A DNA stretch of 64,000 nucleotides from Bigelowiella natans CCMP2755 (taxonomy: Eukaryota; Protista; Cercozoa): NCBI GenBank assembly GCA_000320545.1, contig ADNK01000245.1:1-64000 (forward strand), read 5' to 3'. The position numbers and the translations under genes were made by a program. Shown one piece after another: positions 12,550-25,012 of the stretch; within the stretch, counting starts at the first letter, position 1, and every line of letters starts with the position of its first letter. The notes under the pieces are model-generated. The model was not told the DNA's origin. It worked only from the letters and a program-made list of their open reading frames with translations, and did not search any database.

Positions 12550-15408
12550 CTAGCTAATCTTGCTTTCTACTGCTTTCCAAACTACTGAGAAAAGTGCGCC
12601 TTGTAGGCAGTTCACCAGAAGCCTGGTTTGCAGGCCTCTTCCAAACAAGCCTGGGAGACCATCCTATTCGCGTGCCATGGAGCCGTCGGGACAATATGCA
12701 GCCAGGTAACAATCATATGCATAATCAGTACATTATTGAAAATTTACCGCTCAATATTGAAACGACTCAAGAACCGGGTGTAAGGAAATCTCAGCGATAG
12801 CGAATAAGGTGACAAAATATACGTATGGCGTTTGCCTTGCCGGGGAAAATCGGTAGTGATTTTGGTGGGCATGCGTATTTTATGTGTTGTTTCTCCGCTG
12901 GTAATAGCAAAGATGACCTTATCTACAATTTCTTTGACTGCGTCCGCGTATGATATTGGGACCTGTATGGCGTGAAGAGAGAAATGACATCGACCCGCGG
13001 CATATGCATGTAGGAAGCATTCCGAATCATTACAACATCAAGATAACAGCTTCTTCGCAATATATCGTCGCACCTGCGATGTCTGCTTCGTTGTCTTTAT
13101 CACCCGTAGTGAGTTAGAAGTCGTATCCGAAACCCCCGACGCGATGATTCCGATGAAGGCCCGACGAACTAAGCTGTGGGTAACGATCATCATCAATCGA
13201 TCTCTCACATGGGGTTGCTCGAAAGTAATGAAAGGGAGGAAAGGGAAGCATGATTGGGTTGGGAAGTCGGAAGGGGAGATGCAAGGGTGGAGGGTGAGGA
13301 TTTTGGCACAGTCGATCTTTATTCAATTACAGTCGTCGTGGATATTGTTCAATGCCTTGCGTGTTGCTAAACCGCTGTTTTTCGCGATCAAATGACGTCT
13401 GCGTTTCTACCTGGCGACCACATCGCCTTCAGGAGCTTGGGGCAACGATGAGTCCAAAGAGTTGTACGTCAAAAACCTGAGACAGGGAGGGTTGCAAGTA
13501 TAAGAAGAGTGTCCTCACGGTATAACATTCAAGAATATCCGAACGCAACTCAAAGACGACAGATAATTGTACATATTTTCGTCGTGCTTCGCAGCATCAT
13601 CAAAACTGATGACGTGCAGGGATGACGATCCTCGAACGGAATAATAACAATTCGGAGGACTTGAAATAATTTGATTGACCCAAGCAAAACATATCCCATT
13701 AAAATTCCTCTAACGCTTTATCTATCTTCTTCGGTAGAACAAAAGAGTTACGCAATAAGGACCAAGGATAATTTCCAACGAACGTCGCAGCAGCAGCAGC
13801 AAATGCCCCGTTCCACAGGACACCAGGCCCTCCAACTTCGACCTGATTTTGATCATTTCAAACTCAAACTATGATTCTAAGCATTTGCAGCATTCTTTTG
13901 TGTTGGATGTCCCTCTACGACCCATCTTCATATGCATTTTACTCGCATTTACCTTCTTGCCCAGCCGCTCTAGCGCGTCCTCACCATTCACCTGCAACGC
14001 TGTCTTGTACGTGTCGATCGGAGTAATGGCGATCCTCCAAGTACTGGCTGCTGCTGATGCTATAGCTTGTTTCAGCTGATTAGAAAAAGTCATTCGTGAA
14101 CCGTTTATTCGATTCATCAAAGAAAACTGACCACCATCAATTCGAGGCTTGTCATCTTCCTAATGTGTCTCTTTGTTCGGGGGTGGAAAGGGGGGAGGGT
14201 TCCTACTATCTACAAGGCTGACCGGGAAGGGAAGTGATTGGGCCTCGGGGATGGCTTCAAGAGCCACCAAAATACCAGCGTTTGCCGCGGTGTCGCCAAA
14301 TCGTGAAAGTGGATTTTGGACGAGAGCATAACCGAGTCCTTGGTAAAATCGTCGTACTCCTCCCTGAATCGATACGATGATGCCTATCAACAAGAGAGAT
14401 AACATCATTGACGCCGCATATTGCAGGTACCTCCTTCCATAGGGTCGTTATAGCCTCTGTAGTTGAGGTCCCGTAACGATACTGGTAGTTCATGGCCGTC
14501 CTGTATGACATGAGACGATCGGCAAAAGTTATTAATACACAGCGACGAAATGGCAATGTGGAGTAGTCGAAATCGATAGAGATGATTCTGATGTTACAGA
14601 GTCTACATATACGCCATAGATGAAGAGAAACCTTGTGATTTTCACCCCTTTTTCTTTTGGTAGATTGATGGAAAAAGGAGTTTCTCAAGAGAACGAGCTT
14701 ATTAATACCTGAGCCACATGAGAGACAACACCTGCGCAACTCCGGCCAGTGCCCCCTTAATATCAGGGAGAAGAAAGGTGAAAACACATGACATCAAGTC
14801 GAGCAAATACCATATCAGGCCTATTTGTAGTTGATCGAACATACACGGACAATACATTCAGACTACCGATGTCCCTCCACCCAATGCCCTGCTCGCAGCT
14901 TTTTTGAAGATAGCTTGGTAGTCCACTGTTGCCCCCCCCACAGCCGCAGCTGCTGATGCTACATCTAGGATGTGGTTGGGGGAGAGAGGGACCTACAAAC
15001 GTGTATGAAGAAGTATGCAGATGAGAAAGTGGAATTCTCTAGAGTGCACTTTTCGCTTCTCCCCACGCCGTCACCTCAGAGTTTTCAACTCTGATCCCCC
15101 CTGCTGTAGACACATGAAGCTACAAGCACTACCAGATGAGGCAGCTGATCTGGAAAGATAACAGCGTTGCATCGCACAGCGCCTGTGTGCCTACAACCGT
15201 CTCCACGTTGCAAGCGTGGCCGTGTTTCATCTTCCCTGTTCCTCAAGAAACGTGGCGGTTTCGATAGCCTGAACCTGCTTCGGTGTTGCCGGGCGGGTGA
15301 TTCTGCAACGTGAAGATGTTTATGGGATGTGGTCGATGGCAGGAGAGCCACGGCCGCGAGAAGAGAGAGTAGATGGCGTGTGGCTCCGGGCAGCCGTGCA
15401 CGTGCCAT
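12550..15408 (-). CDS. Mitochondrial carrier family (SLC25) protein with N-terminal signal-peptide plus transit-like extension
   Basis: Exons give MNYQYRYG, GGVRRFYQGLGYAL, PLSRFGDTAANAG, ITPIDTYKTALQV (Px[DE]xxK signature) and DGLPGLFGRGLQTRLLVNCLQGALFSVVWK*. The leader MARARLPGATRHLLSLLAAVALLP is followed by an Arg-rich stretch. Confidence 0.85.
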
Positions 15409-15613
15409 CCGGCCAACGACTGTGCTTGTTCCGACGACGAACATCATCGGGGACTTTGTTCCTTTGGATGTCAATCTGTGGATGTCGCAGGGATCATTTC
15501 ATAACGATTTTTCAATGAAGAGTTTTTGTGGCAGAAAGATCCAAATTTTGTTGTCGCAAGAGCTGGAAACCAAGGAATCCAAGAAACATGGCCATGCACA
15601 ACAGGACACTTCT

Positions 15614-15641
15614 CTGACCCCAACCCTGACCCTGACCCCAA
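15614..15641 (+). repeat. Degenerate interstitial telomeric-type array (CCCTAA)n with every TA converted
   Basis: Reads ctga-ccccaa-ccctga-ccctga-ccccaa. Intact cccctaaccctaa occurs in an intron at about 3163-3175. Confidence 0.75.
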
Positions 15642-15652
15642 AGAAATCGACA

Positions 15653-15728
15653 GGGCAGACGGACGCACTCCTTGCAGCTTGGCAGACTTGTCAGCCTCTG
15701 ATGAAGTCAAAATCTTGATCAAGCAAGA
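15653..15728 (+). pseudogene. Possible ankyrin-repeat exon remnant inside a TpA-depleted island
   Basis: AG/GT-flanked segment encoding ADGRTPCSLADLSASDEVKILIKQE; restoring TA gives DGRTPYSLA, similar to the ankyrin GxTPLxxA..EVVKLL pattern. Confidence 0.35.
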
Positions 15729-16699
15729 GTGCGTCGGGAGACGGATCCAGGTGTTGTTTGACAGAGCTAGAGAGACTCAACTGAATGGATTTGCACTCAT
15801 TGAGTGCGGAACAATGGCGGGCGTTGGGAGCGCCTCTCACTCTGCACGGACGAAGGAAAAGAAAAATGTGAGTCGTCGAATGGAGAGATTCGATTTCTTC
15901 AATGCTGAACGGATTTTTCACAACTCTAGACCTCTTTGATGACTCCACATTCGATCGTTCGTGCAAACAACAGCACTGCACGTCTCACTGTGTCACTTGT
16001 GTTGCATGAACGTGCACACCGCATCCATTTTTGTGTGCACGCCTCACACCATGTCCATTGTTGCGCAAGCGCGTCTACGTGAATGATCATTTCAGCTGCA
16101 CAGCACTGCTAGACTGGCACATGTTGGAGCTGCTCCATTCTCACACGTCATTGATTGAGTCGTGATTGTTGCATTCCATGAGATGCTCGCTTGTGCATCT
16201 ACCACATCAATGATTCAATTCAAAATCCAAGTTCAGTGTTTCTAGACACGGTGCATGGAAAAACACATGGCTCGCAAAGCTGCATTTTAGCATGATGTCT
16301 AGACATGAAATCAACACTTTGGAAGTAGTTCGTTATGCACAATTTTCTCAATTTCTGAGATGAAAATCGATGATTGATTCGTTCTTAAATTTGACCTCAT
16401 TCAAGCATGCATAGGCCTACATCTGTTGAGAATCGAAACAAAAATGCCAACACGCACCACTCATCTAGCTGTGAACATGAGCTTGCACGCATTTTGAGAT
16501 GGCATCATGACGACACTGAAAACATTTTACACGTCCCAGCACATGATCTTTATCTATGTGGTACCAAGTATAATGTCTTCTTCACTTCTTCATGTTTAGT
16601 TTGCTCTCAATGTCCCGCACGAGTTCGTCAAATTTAATTTTCGTTTTTTTTGCTTGAGCAGCACTTTTTTCTTTGACTACTTGAATTTTCTATTCAAAA

Positions 16700-18600
16700 G
16701 GAGAGAAAGAGAAACAACGGTAAATGTATGTAATTATATAATAATCCCAAATTCCACACGAGCGTTGCAAATGAGTTTTGGAATTAGGCGTACACCTGGT
16801 CGAATCTGCCATTAACCATTGGGCGGATGGTTATCATAAAATCTGCTCTATTAATTGCTTGACCTGCAGCATACATTGAAAACATATAAATTAGTACCTC
16901 TCATTTAAAACCATCTTAGTAATACCTTTATGCTCAACGAACGAGTCGAACCGAAGGTCTTCAATGAGGCATAACAAATGGGTGATGATCACACAATTGG
17001 ACATAATGAAACATTTCTTTCTCCATACCTTCGTTTGAGAATGAAGAATACTTGCGCAAAAACCTCCTTAGCCTCGGAAGTTCACTTTCGTCAACGACCT
17101 GTAAATCGAATGTTTAACAGTCTCATTTTTATTTCAACAAAATTTAACCTTATCAGATTCCCCTGCGTCCTGAAAATAACATCTGCATCTTGAAATTGTC
17201 TCACCTAAAATAAGCAAATCTCAACGGTCAATGTATAATTTTCGAATTTTGTGTGAAGACTTCGTAGCCACTCCAATTCTGCGATCTCATCTCCACATCG
17301 AATCTTTGTAGTAAATAAGAGCCAAAATACTATTATCATCAGCACCCAAATTCTGAACCATCCTACCTTCTCTTGTTCTTCTCGCAAGCTTTCGCGATCT
17401 TTCAGTGTATTTAGGGCGGTTCGCAGCATCTGTTCAAATATCAAATGTCCAAAACTAAGAAACAAACGAATTCGCATAAATTTATGGCTGTTCCACCTTT
17501 GCTTCCATCTCTTCCAATCGCTTTAAGTCTTTCACGTCTTCATTTATTAGTTTACTAGCATCCTGCAATTATTTCTGACTCAGACAATTGAAGATTTATC
17601 ATAACATTAGGGAGGCAACCTGAAGTTTCGTTTCTTGTCCTTTCAGTTTGTCGACATTTTCGTGCAGTTGCTTTCAGTAGAATGAACAAATGAGGAAACA
17701 AAGGAGATGGCAGTAAAGTTAATTGTAAAATACTTGATTTTGTTGCTCAAATTCTTTATTTCTAATCTCCATTTCATCCACCTCTCCTAAGATTGAATGC
17801 AAAGAAAATTATGCTGGAGTATTCATTCGCGGAATGTTATTACCTTTCATGCTTTCGTAGGTTTCAAAGATTTTTGCTGCAGATTCTGCCAAAGCTGAGA
17901 AAATTAGAAAATAACTCGAGTTTATTAACCTGCAACAAAAATGGAAGAATAGTGCTGCTCTACATTTTGTCGTTTCGTAGTTCCAAGTAAACGTAAAGCC
18001 AACGAGGGATACGAACAGCCAAATCGCTCCAAAGATAATTGGAAAGTTTGCAACTGGACTCAACTGTAGCGTGTACAATTCTGGTTTTACTTGTGAAAAT
18101 TTCATGATTAGTGAGACGCACCTCATGCAAAGCAATACCAGCACATCCGGAAAGACATGCCAATCCAAAAAATACTCTCACTTTGTGCCTGTTGTACAGA
18201 TGTCAAACAGTCTGTATGTAACATGAGTAAGGGTGCCAAGGGAACCATTGACAAGAAGGGAGTTTGAGGTCCTTTCCATCCAATTTCGCCTCTGTGGTCT
18301 CTATCTCTTCCTTTGTGGCTTTCTTATCGATCTTTGGTGCATCGGCATCATTTGGTGCTTTAGAAGGTAGCTTAGAATCTTTTAATTAAATTTGATACCA
18401 CACATGAGCAATGAAAAATGTGAGGAAAGAAATTTAAACGAAACAGACACTAGCATGTTCATGTCGAATTTCAACTGTTAATGCATCCACTAGAAAGAGC
18501 AGTAATGATTGGACCACCCTTACTAAGTAGTGTTCCCCAATTTGTTATTTGTGATTCAAATAGAATTCAAAGGTACACTCTAGCTAACCCACATTTTGCG
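16700..18600 (-). CDS. Hypothetical membrane protein with coiled-coil C-terminal half, many short introns
   Basis: Hydrophobic exons (VFFGLACLSGCAGIALH; FPIIFGAIWLFVSLVGF) followed by charged heptad-like exons (EVDEMEIRNKEFEQQ; LNTLKDRESLREEQEK). Boundaries approximate. Confidence 0.5.
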
Positions 18601-18839
18601 TCGGCCATTTGAAGAATTTGCACTCTGTACCAGCGCAGTTCGAAGCTTTTGTTCATCGAATGCAGTCGCACCTTAAATTCCGTCGAGAAAGAGTCGCGAA
18701 GATATTTTTGATGAGATTATTGAAACACCATCGAATTTTTAGTTGCGTCTAGATGCGTAGTAACATTTCCAGGAGTCCAGGAATGTTTCCAAAAAATGGA
18801 TGACTGGTGAAAAAAGCACTGAACTCACTCTCTTTGCTC

Positions 18840-19065
18840 TGACAATTTCCTGTTCCAATGATCATGGTCGATTGCCAGTTTCTGCCACATGCAAATGCCT
18901 GTCTCCCATGTGGTTCTGGCGCATGTAGATTTGATCAATGCTTCATCACTTTTTCATTGTTCATTGTTCATCATTCAATGCCTGTCTCCAATGTGGTTTT
19001 GTTGTTCTGGCGCATGCACGTTTGCATCAATGTTTTGTTCATTGTTTGTTGTTTGTTGTTCATCG
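18840..19065 (+). mobile_element. Two tandem truncated copies of a LINE/SINE-like 3' end with degenerate (TTA/TTTA)n tails
   Basis: gcctgtctcccatgtggttctggcgcatgtagatttgatcaatgc matches copies at 51370-51650; a second partial copy starts at about 18978. Tails ttcattgttcattgttcatca and ttgttcattgtttgttgtttgttgttca restore to T/A simple repeats. Confidence 0.65.
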
Positions 19066-20039
19066 AAACGGAACCCCAATTTTGCGCACTCTGGATCACG
19101 AATGCCATTCACAAAGAAACCACGTGTGTGCAGAGCCAGAGAGATGGCATTGCACCACTCACGCTAGCACGCTAGCACGGCTAGACGACCCAGACAAAGT
19201 GGGGGTCGGGAGCAAAGTGATGACAGGAAAATCGTTTGTGGCACAACTGCAGAACGCTGCACTTCCACGGGCTTTCACGTGGCTTTTTCTCACGCAAAGT
19301 GCACCACGTCTCACATCTTTCCAGAACTTGGGAAGAGAATGGCAAACACACCTTCACGTCTTCGCTGGGATGTTTTCGGATTTGTTTTTGACAAGCGAAC
19401 TTGCACCAAAAGCACATTGCTAGATTGGTTTGCCGGGAGATTGACATCATGGCTTGCACCATGGGTGCCGCGTGCCAGCGTGTGAACTTGACACCTTGTG
19501 GGTGCAAGGTGTTGTGGACATGGCAACATGCACATTGTCCATCACAGGTTTCAGAAGAACATCATGCTCTCATCAATGACAATTTCACACGTTGCATGTG
19601 CAAGGCGCACTCAATGAAGACAGGCACTTTTGAACACGTGAATGCTGAACGATGACTGAACAGAACGCACCTTGCGCAAAACAGGCACATCAACGAGTTG
19701 AATTCTAAGCTTGTCTAGCTGTGCACCCCGTCTAGCCGTGACTAACTTTTGCGTTTTCCAATGGTCCAAGAATGTTTCAACTCGATCCTCTGTAGCTCCA
19801 TCCAGGGTCATTGCGTCTGCACAGAGATCCCATGATGGACTTGTGAACAGGATTCTCACACAACCCAAATTCAGCTGGAACAACATGCTACAAGGGCTAA
19901 ACCATTCGAATTGCAAACACATTCGCCATGCCATCATGATGACAAAAAAAAATCGAGTTTGAATGATTGGCAAGGGTGGCAGAAATCTTGAATCTTTGAT
20001 TCTTCCTGGTGACATATTCTTTCTGGCGGCATAGCTAGA

Positions 20040-22600
20040 CTAGGTGGTACTAACTTTAGAATCGCCATCCCTTGGCACAGTTTCTTTCCGACAAAGTTGA
20101 AGAATGACTGAGGCGACAGCTTTTCCCAATATCTCGTAGCCATTAGCGCCATCACCAGCGTAAGGAATGCTAACATGACAGAAAAAAAAAGGTCCGGAAC
20201 CGAAAATGGGAGGTGACCACGGGATTTTGAAGAGTAAAGAGAATCTATAAGTAAAGTCAAGAGCAACAAGAAATCGAGGAGAGTGACATATAGAATACAC
20301 AGTAATTACTGGAGGAAGTAAGCGGCACGAAGTCTCGATTTCTTTGACTCGCGACTATGTCTGCATTAGTGTCATAGCATTTATGATTTGCGCTCATTCG
20401 TATATTAGCTCATTTAGCGATTTGATGCGCACGCGTGCGCGTACAGCGTCAAACTATCGTCCAAATAGTGTACGCGTTGACATATTATTGCGATAATATA
20501 TTATTCTGCAACCGTAAGGCCTGGAGAGCCCGATAATGAACCTCGTTGCATAGATACGCGTTGTCGTCCCTAGCCCCTATACTCTTGACCTGATAAAAAT
20601 CACAAAATTAGTGATGTTTTACCGAGTTTGTGTTCATGGAACAACAAGTAAACCGCAGGTAGCGTGAAAGAAGCCGTTTCCCATCTCAGGAACATGTGAA
20701 AGGTTTATTCTACGACGGAGCTAAAATGCCCGATGATGATTGTGGAAAAGATCTTCGAGGGAGTTATTAACTACATGTTTAATATGTCGTTATATGCTCG
20801 AGATGATTCTGAACACTCTCATATCTTCGTTGACTAACCGTAAACGAGCCGAAGTGGGCGTTGTTCATGCTCTTCACATTTTTCGTCATCTGCTCATCTC
20901 TACGAAAATAAGCAGCTTGGTCTTTACGACGAATGAGTGAGGAAGAGGAGATGGTGTCATGTTTCAGGTAGTGGAGGTGCATAAATCTCGTCGACGTCTA
21001 ACGAAGAGGGACATCATCATCGCGCTTGGCGAGGAAGAATGTAAGTCATCTTATCTCCCTGCTGCGTTTTGTTTTCCCGACCTTAAGTGAGACCCTGCTG
21101 GCTTTGCTTTGTCGATCAAGTCCGATGGAGGTTTAGTTCCTGAAATGAAATGAATCTCATCAGTGCGTGGCAGTAGCAGTGGCAGTAGCAGTAGCAGTAG
21201 CAGTATCAGTAATTAGCCCCGCAATCGGCAATTTTTCCGTTTGGGCGTCAAGCTTGTTGTGCACTTTGCTTGTTTTGATAAGGCTTTTGCATTTGGTTAC
21301 ATCGACTACGTGTAGCCCCTTCCCCACCCAAACTCAATTTTTGGGGTTCTGTATATATGTCCCCTGAAGTCTACTTTCAAACAATCGTCGTTTCCTTATC
21401 ATTAGTTCGTATCATCTTCGCTACCTTGGGCGTCGGCTTTTCTCCTGAGATTTACTGTAATAATAATAACAGTAACAATATTAAGGATTATATCAGAACT
21501 ATCTACCATAGGCTCACAGCGCATCTGGACAGTTGTGAATTAGCTATTATAACAAGAGCAATGCCAGAGGATATTAGTGGTGGCAGTAGAGAGGAGAGGG
21601 TACAAACAAAAAGGACTAAGAAATTGAACCCTCTTCTCGAAATATCGTAGGTGTTTCCGCCCCAGTGGAGATTTACAAAGCGTCATCCATTATTATTAAA
21701 TGATCAGGTGTGGCAGCAGCAGCAGAAGGCATGCCTGCTCCGTCTTCCAAAAGCATCCCATCCAACTTATCGTACACCCCTAGCCCAATATGAATGGCCA
21801 CGTCGTAGCTGTAGGGAAAGGGGGTGATACTTCCATCACTCACAGGTTTACATGCCACTCTAGAGAGGGAAAACACAACAGCAGTAGTGGTGCGAGAGCA
21901 ACTAGAGGGAGATATGACAACAAGCGATAAATCAGTAAACTACGAGTACCTGGATAAGCTGACGACCCCGAAGGATGCCCCCCAAATAACGGGAAGGACT
22001 TGAAAGCTAAACTCCCAGTCAGCAGGGCACTCTAACAAATACACGTAGGGTTAGTGGTGAAGATGATTGTGATTTATGCGGTAGGACAGATCTTGAACGA
22101 AGCCTGAGATGATATATACCTTTGTTTAGAATCCGAGGTAGGACGCCTTCAAGTGACACTGGGGGGCTGAAGTATTGATCATGTATCTATACTCATGCCA
22201 AATATTCAGAGCGTTTAGGTATTCTCCTCCTTCTTCCACTCGTCCACCCCTCTCTCAAGTCATATGCTGGTATTAGGCAGAGACACACATACGCTGACCT
22301 CTCGCAGGAGCCCCCTACTAGCAAACGACCGCTTGGGTTATCACGCACGCGCCAAATATTCATCCTTTCGTTTTTAAACCTTAGTAAAAAAAATCATCAA
22401 ATCAACTTAACGATTGGCAGCAGCCTGCGTGGAGCCAACTTTGCCCATCTGACCTCCAATCACAGAACCCGGTCACCAGAACTCGCAGACTACGCTTAGG
22501 GCAGTCTGTCGAAGTCTTCGCGTCATCGCCCCCTCCTTTATTATGTTGGAAGAGGACAAAAATTAAAGCGATGTAGCAGATGAAAGAAATGGGCGTAGAA
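20040..22600 (-). CDS. Pyroglutamyl-peptidase I-like protein (peptidase C15)
   Basis: Spliced motifs LRVLVTGFCDW, DNPSGRLL, AIHIGLGVYD..LLEDGA (Glu), NAYLCNEVHYRAL (Cys) and AAYFLHIPY (His); stop at 20040. Start codon not resolved. Confidence 0.8.
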
Positions 22601-23628
22601 TTTATTCACCAGCAGATGGGGAGGAGAGATGGACTCCCATTGGTTTTACGATCTCAGGCTCCATTCAAGGAGCACTGTCTGCTGCAAGAAATTAAAAACC
22701 TAAGTTAGCGTATCCGACTAAATTTATTCAAAAAATTGCTTGAATTTGATCCTGCGACATCATAATTTGGATAGATTTCCCTTTAATGCCCTTTTTCGAA
22801 TCGCCGAAGGGGATCTGTGATGTCTGAGGACGATTCCCGAAGACCACCACCCCCTCATTTGGCGATCGAGAGAGATCATTTAGAACGGGGTTCAGGATGG
22901 ATCATAAATACGATGACCTCCACCTCCACCAAAAGTAGGAATTAGAAGCTCGCTCGTGTCTGCCACATTGTTCGACAGCTGGAATGAAGTCACCGAGTCC
23001 TTGGAAGTTTGTCCTCATGTCACACTCACAGGCGGTGCATGCTCGCACACGATTGGTGTGTTGGTGTGGCTACACTGTGTTCAGGAATCAGAAGAATCAG
23101 AACAACGCTGCACGTAACGCACAATGTGTCCAGTGTCGCCCAACCTCTTGACCTCGTCGATCACGCACGCCCGCCACGTGCCTTCATGGCAAGTTGCATC
23201 GCATGCGAGAAATTGCGGTGCATCAGTGCGATGTTGCATGCATGCTGCAATGCATATGCAGCTAGTGAAAGCGTCGAATTTCAAGCTCTAGAATGGACAC
23301 ATCATGTAGCACCGATAGTACCACATGTTCATCTCTACGTCGCGCTCTTTGCTACGACATGCAGCACACGGGCGGATGGAGACATGTCGATTAGTCGCGC
23401 AAATCGCAGACATGTCGTGCACACCATTTGGCCACATCACAGCGTCATCGGCGCACAGCTATCATGGCGAACACGCTTCTCACGACCAAAAAAAAAGGTG
23501 TGCGCCCTCACCAGTAAGTAATGGCTTCACATTTCTATGCAGTTCTGCAATGCATGCAAATACTTGCACATTGCCACTATGGTTCAAGTTGTCATGTTAC
23601 TCATTACAGCATGGGAGAGGATTAGGCA

Positions 23629-24303
23629 TTACTGCAGCTTTTCATCATCCTCCATTGCTGCCGGACTTGGCGCTGTACTTGTAAATGGGACGGTCGACGT
23701 GTACATGTGCACGGCCGACGGAGTTGTTGCCCTTATGTCTCTAACTTCCATATCGCACCCGACAGGAGTAAACTAACAAAATTATAATATTTCAAGAATC
23801 TGGTTGCAAACTCTCTGAATTGTGGTTGCTCATCTAGCGTGACAGTCACCTGTAGATGGCCGAACTTCAAGCTGCTATCTTGATGGATGGCAATGCAATG
23901 GCCATTATAGTAGTCTTTTCAACATTACATGTAGGAGAAACAGAAGTCAAACGTCAAGCAATGACAACAGGTCAAATATCACTAAAGTTTTTGTAGCCCC
24001 GATCGCCTCTCCCCCCAGCCCGAATATCGGCTATAGATTTCGGCATTAGCTATTGTGCATCTTTCGGATATGACGACGATTACGAGATGGAAAGAATTGG
24101 GGGTTTCGGTACACATCTGCATAGGCAGCATGCATGTGCATACTATGCACACGTCTCAACGTACATCGGACTTGGCCGTTGGCTAGGGCATCAATTCGAA
24201 TGGTGTGCCACTCGACGTTTCTCCTATACCACACAGCCATAAGACATTCATAGCACTCCGTCATTGATGGCCAACGATGAGTCTTTGATTTAGCGCGCGG
24301 CCG

Positions 24304-24345
<42 letters not shown>

Positions 24346-24976
24346 ATTACCATCATCATAATCATCATCATTATCATTCCTATCGTCTTCTCTCGCAACC
24401 TACCCTACAGTGATGCGGTCTTCCTGGCCGTTTGGGCTGACGATTCTAACTTTGTTTCCGTACGCTCCCGACTCGATGGCATATCCCGATGTTGCGCCAT
24501 AATCTGTTGAAAAGTAAACAATGATGAGTTACACTAGATGGAGATGAAAATACGTTGGCAAATTCCGACCTTACATCGGTATTGAGGCAGATCCAGCAAA
24601 CGACATACACACACAGACGCACGCACACGCACGCACACACAGCAATTGATTCGAAGAGCTAAAACATCCACTCCCTAGATCTATTATCGTGCTATTGGAG
24701 GAATGGGGGTTAAGCGACCTGTCGCGAATAGGGTCATACTAATCTCCGTAGATATCGTGGAGGGCAGTGAGGAGGAGGAGGATGATGATGATGAGGAGTG
24801 ATGAGAGGTGGCTGAGAGCCGATTACGATGAGGAGAATTCAAAGACGAAACGCCATTCGTTGACCCTGACGACTTGACGGCACAGCGCACATAGGCCTCG
24901 ACGCTGATCGGTCGCCTGAACGTCTGTTTACTCCGGAAGAAATGACCAGGAGTGATCCTGCAAATCCATTTAAATA

Positions 24977-25012
<36 letters not shown>

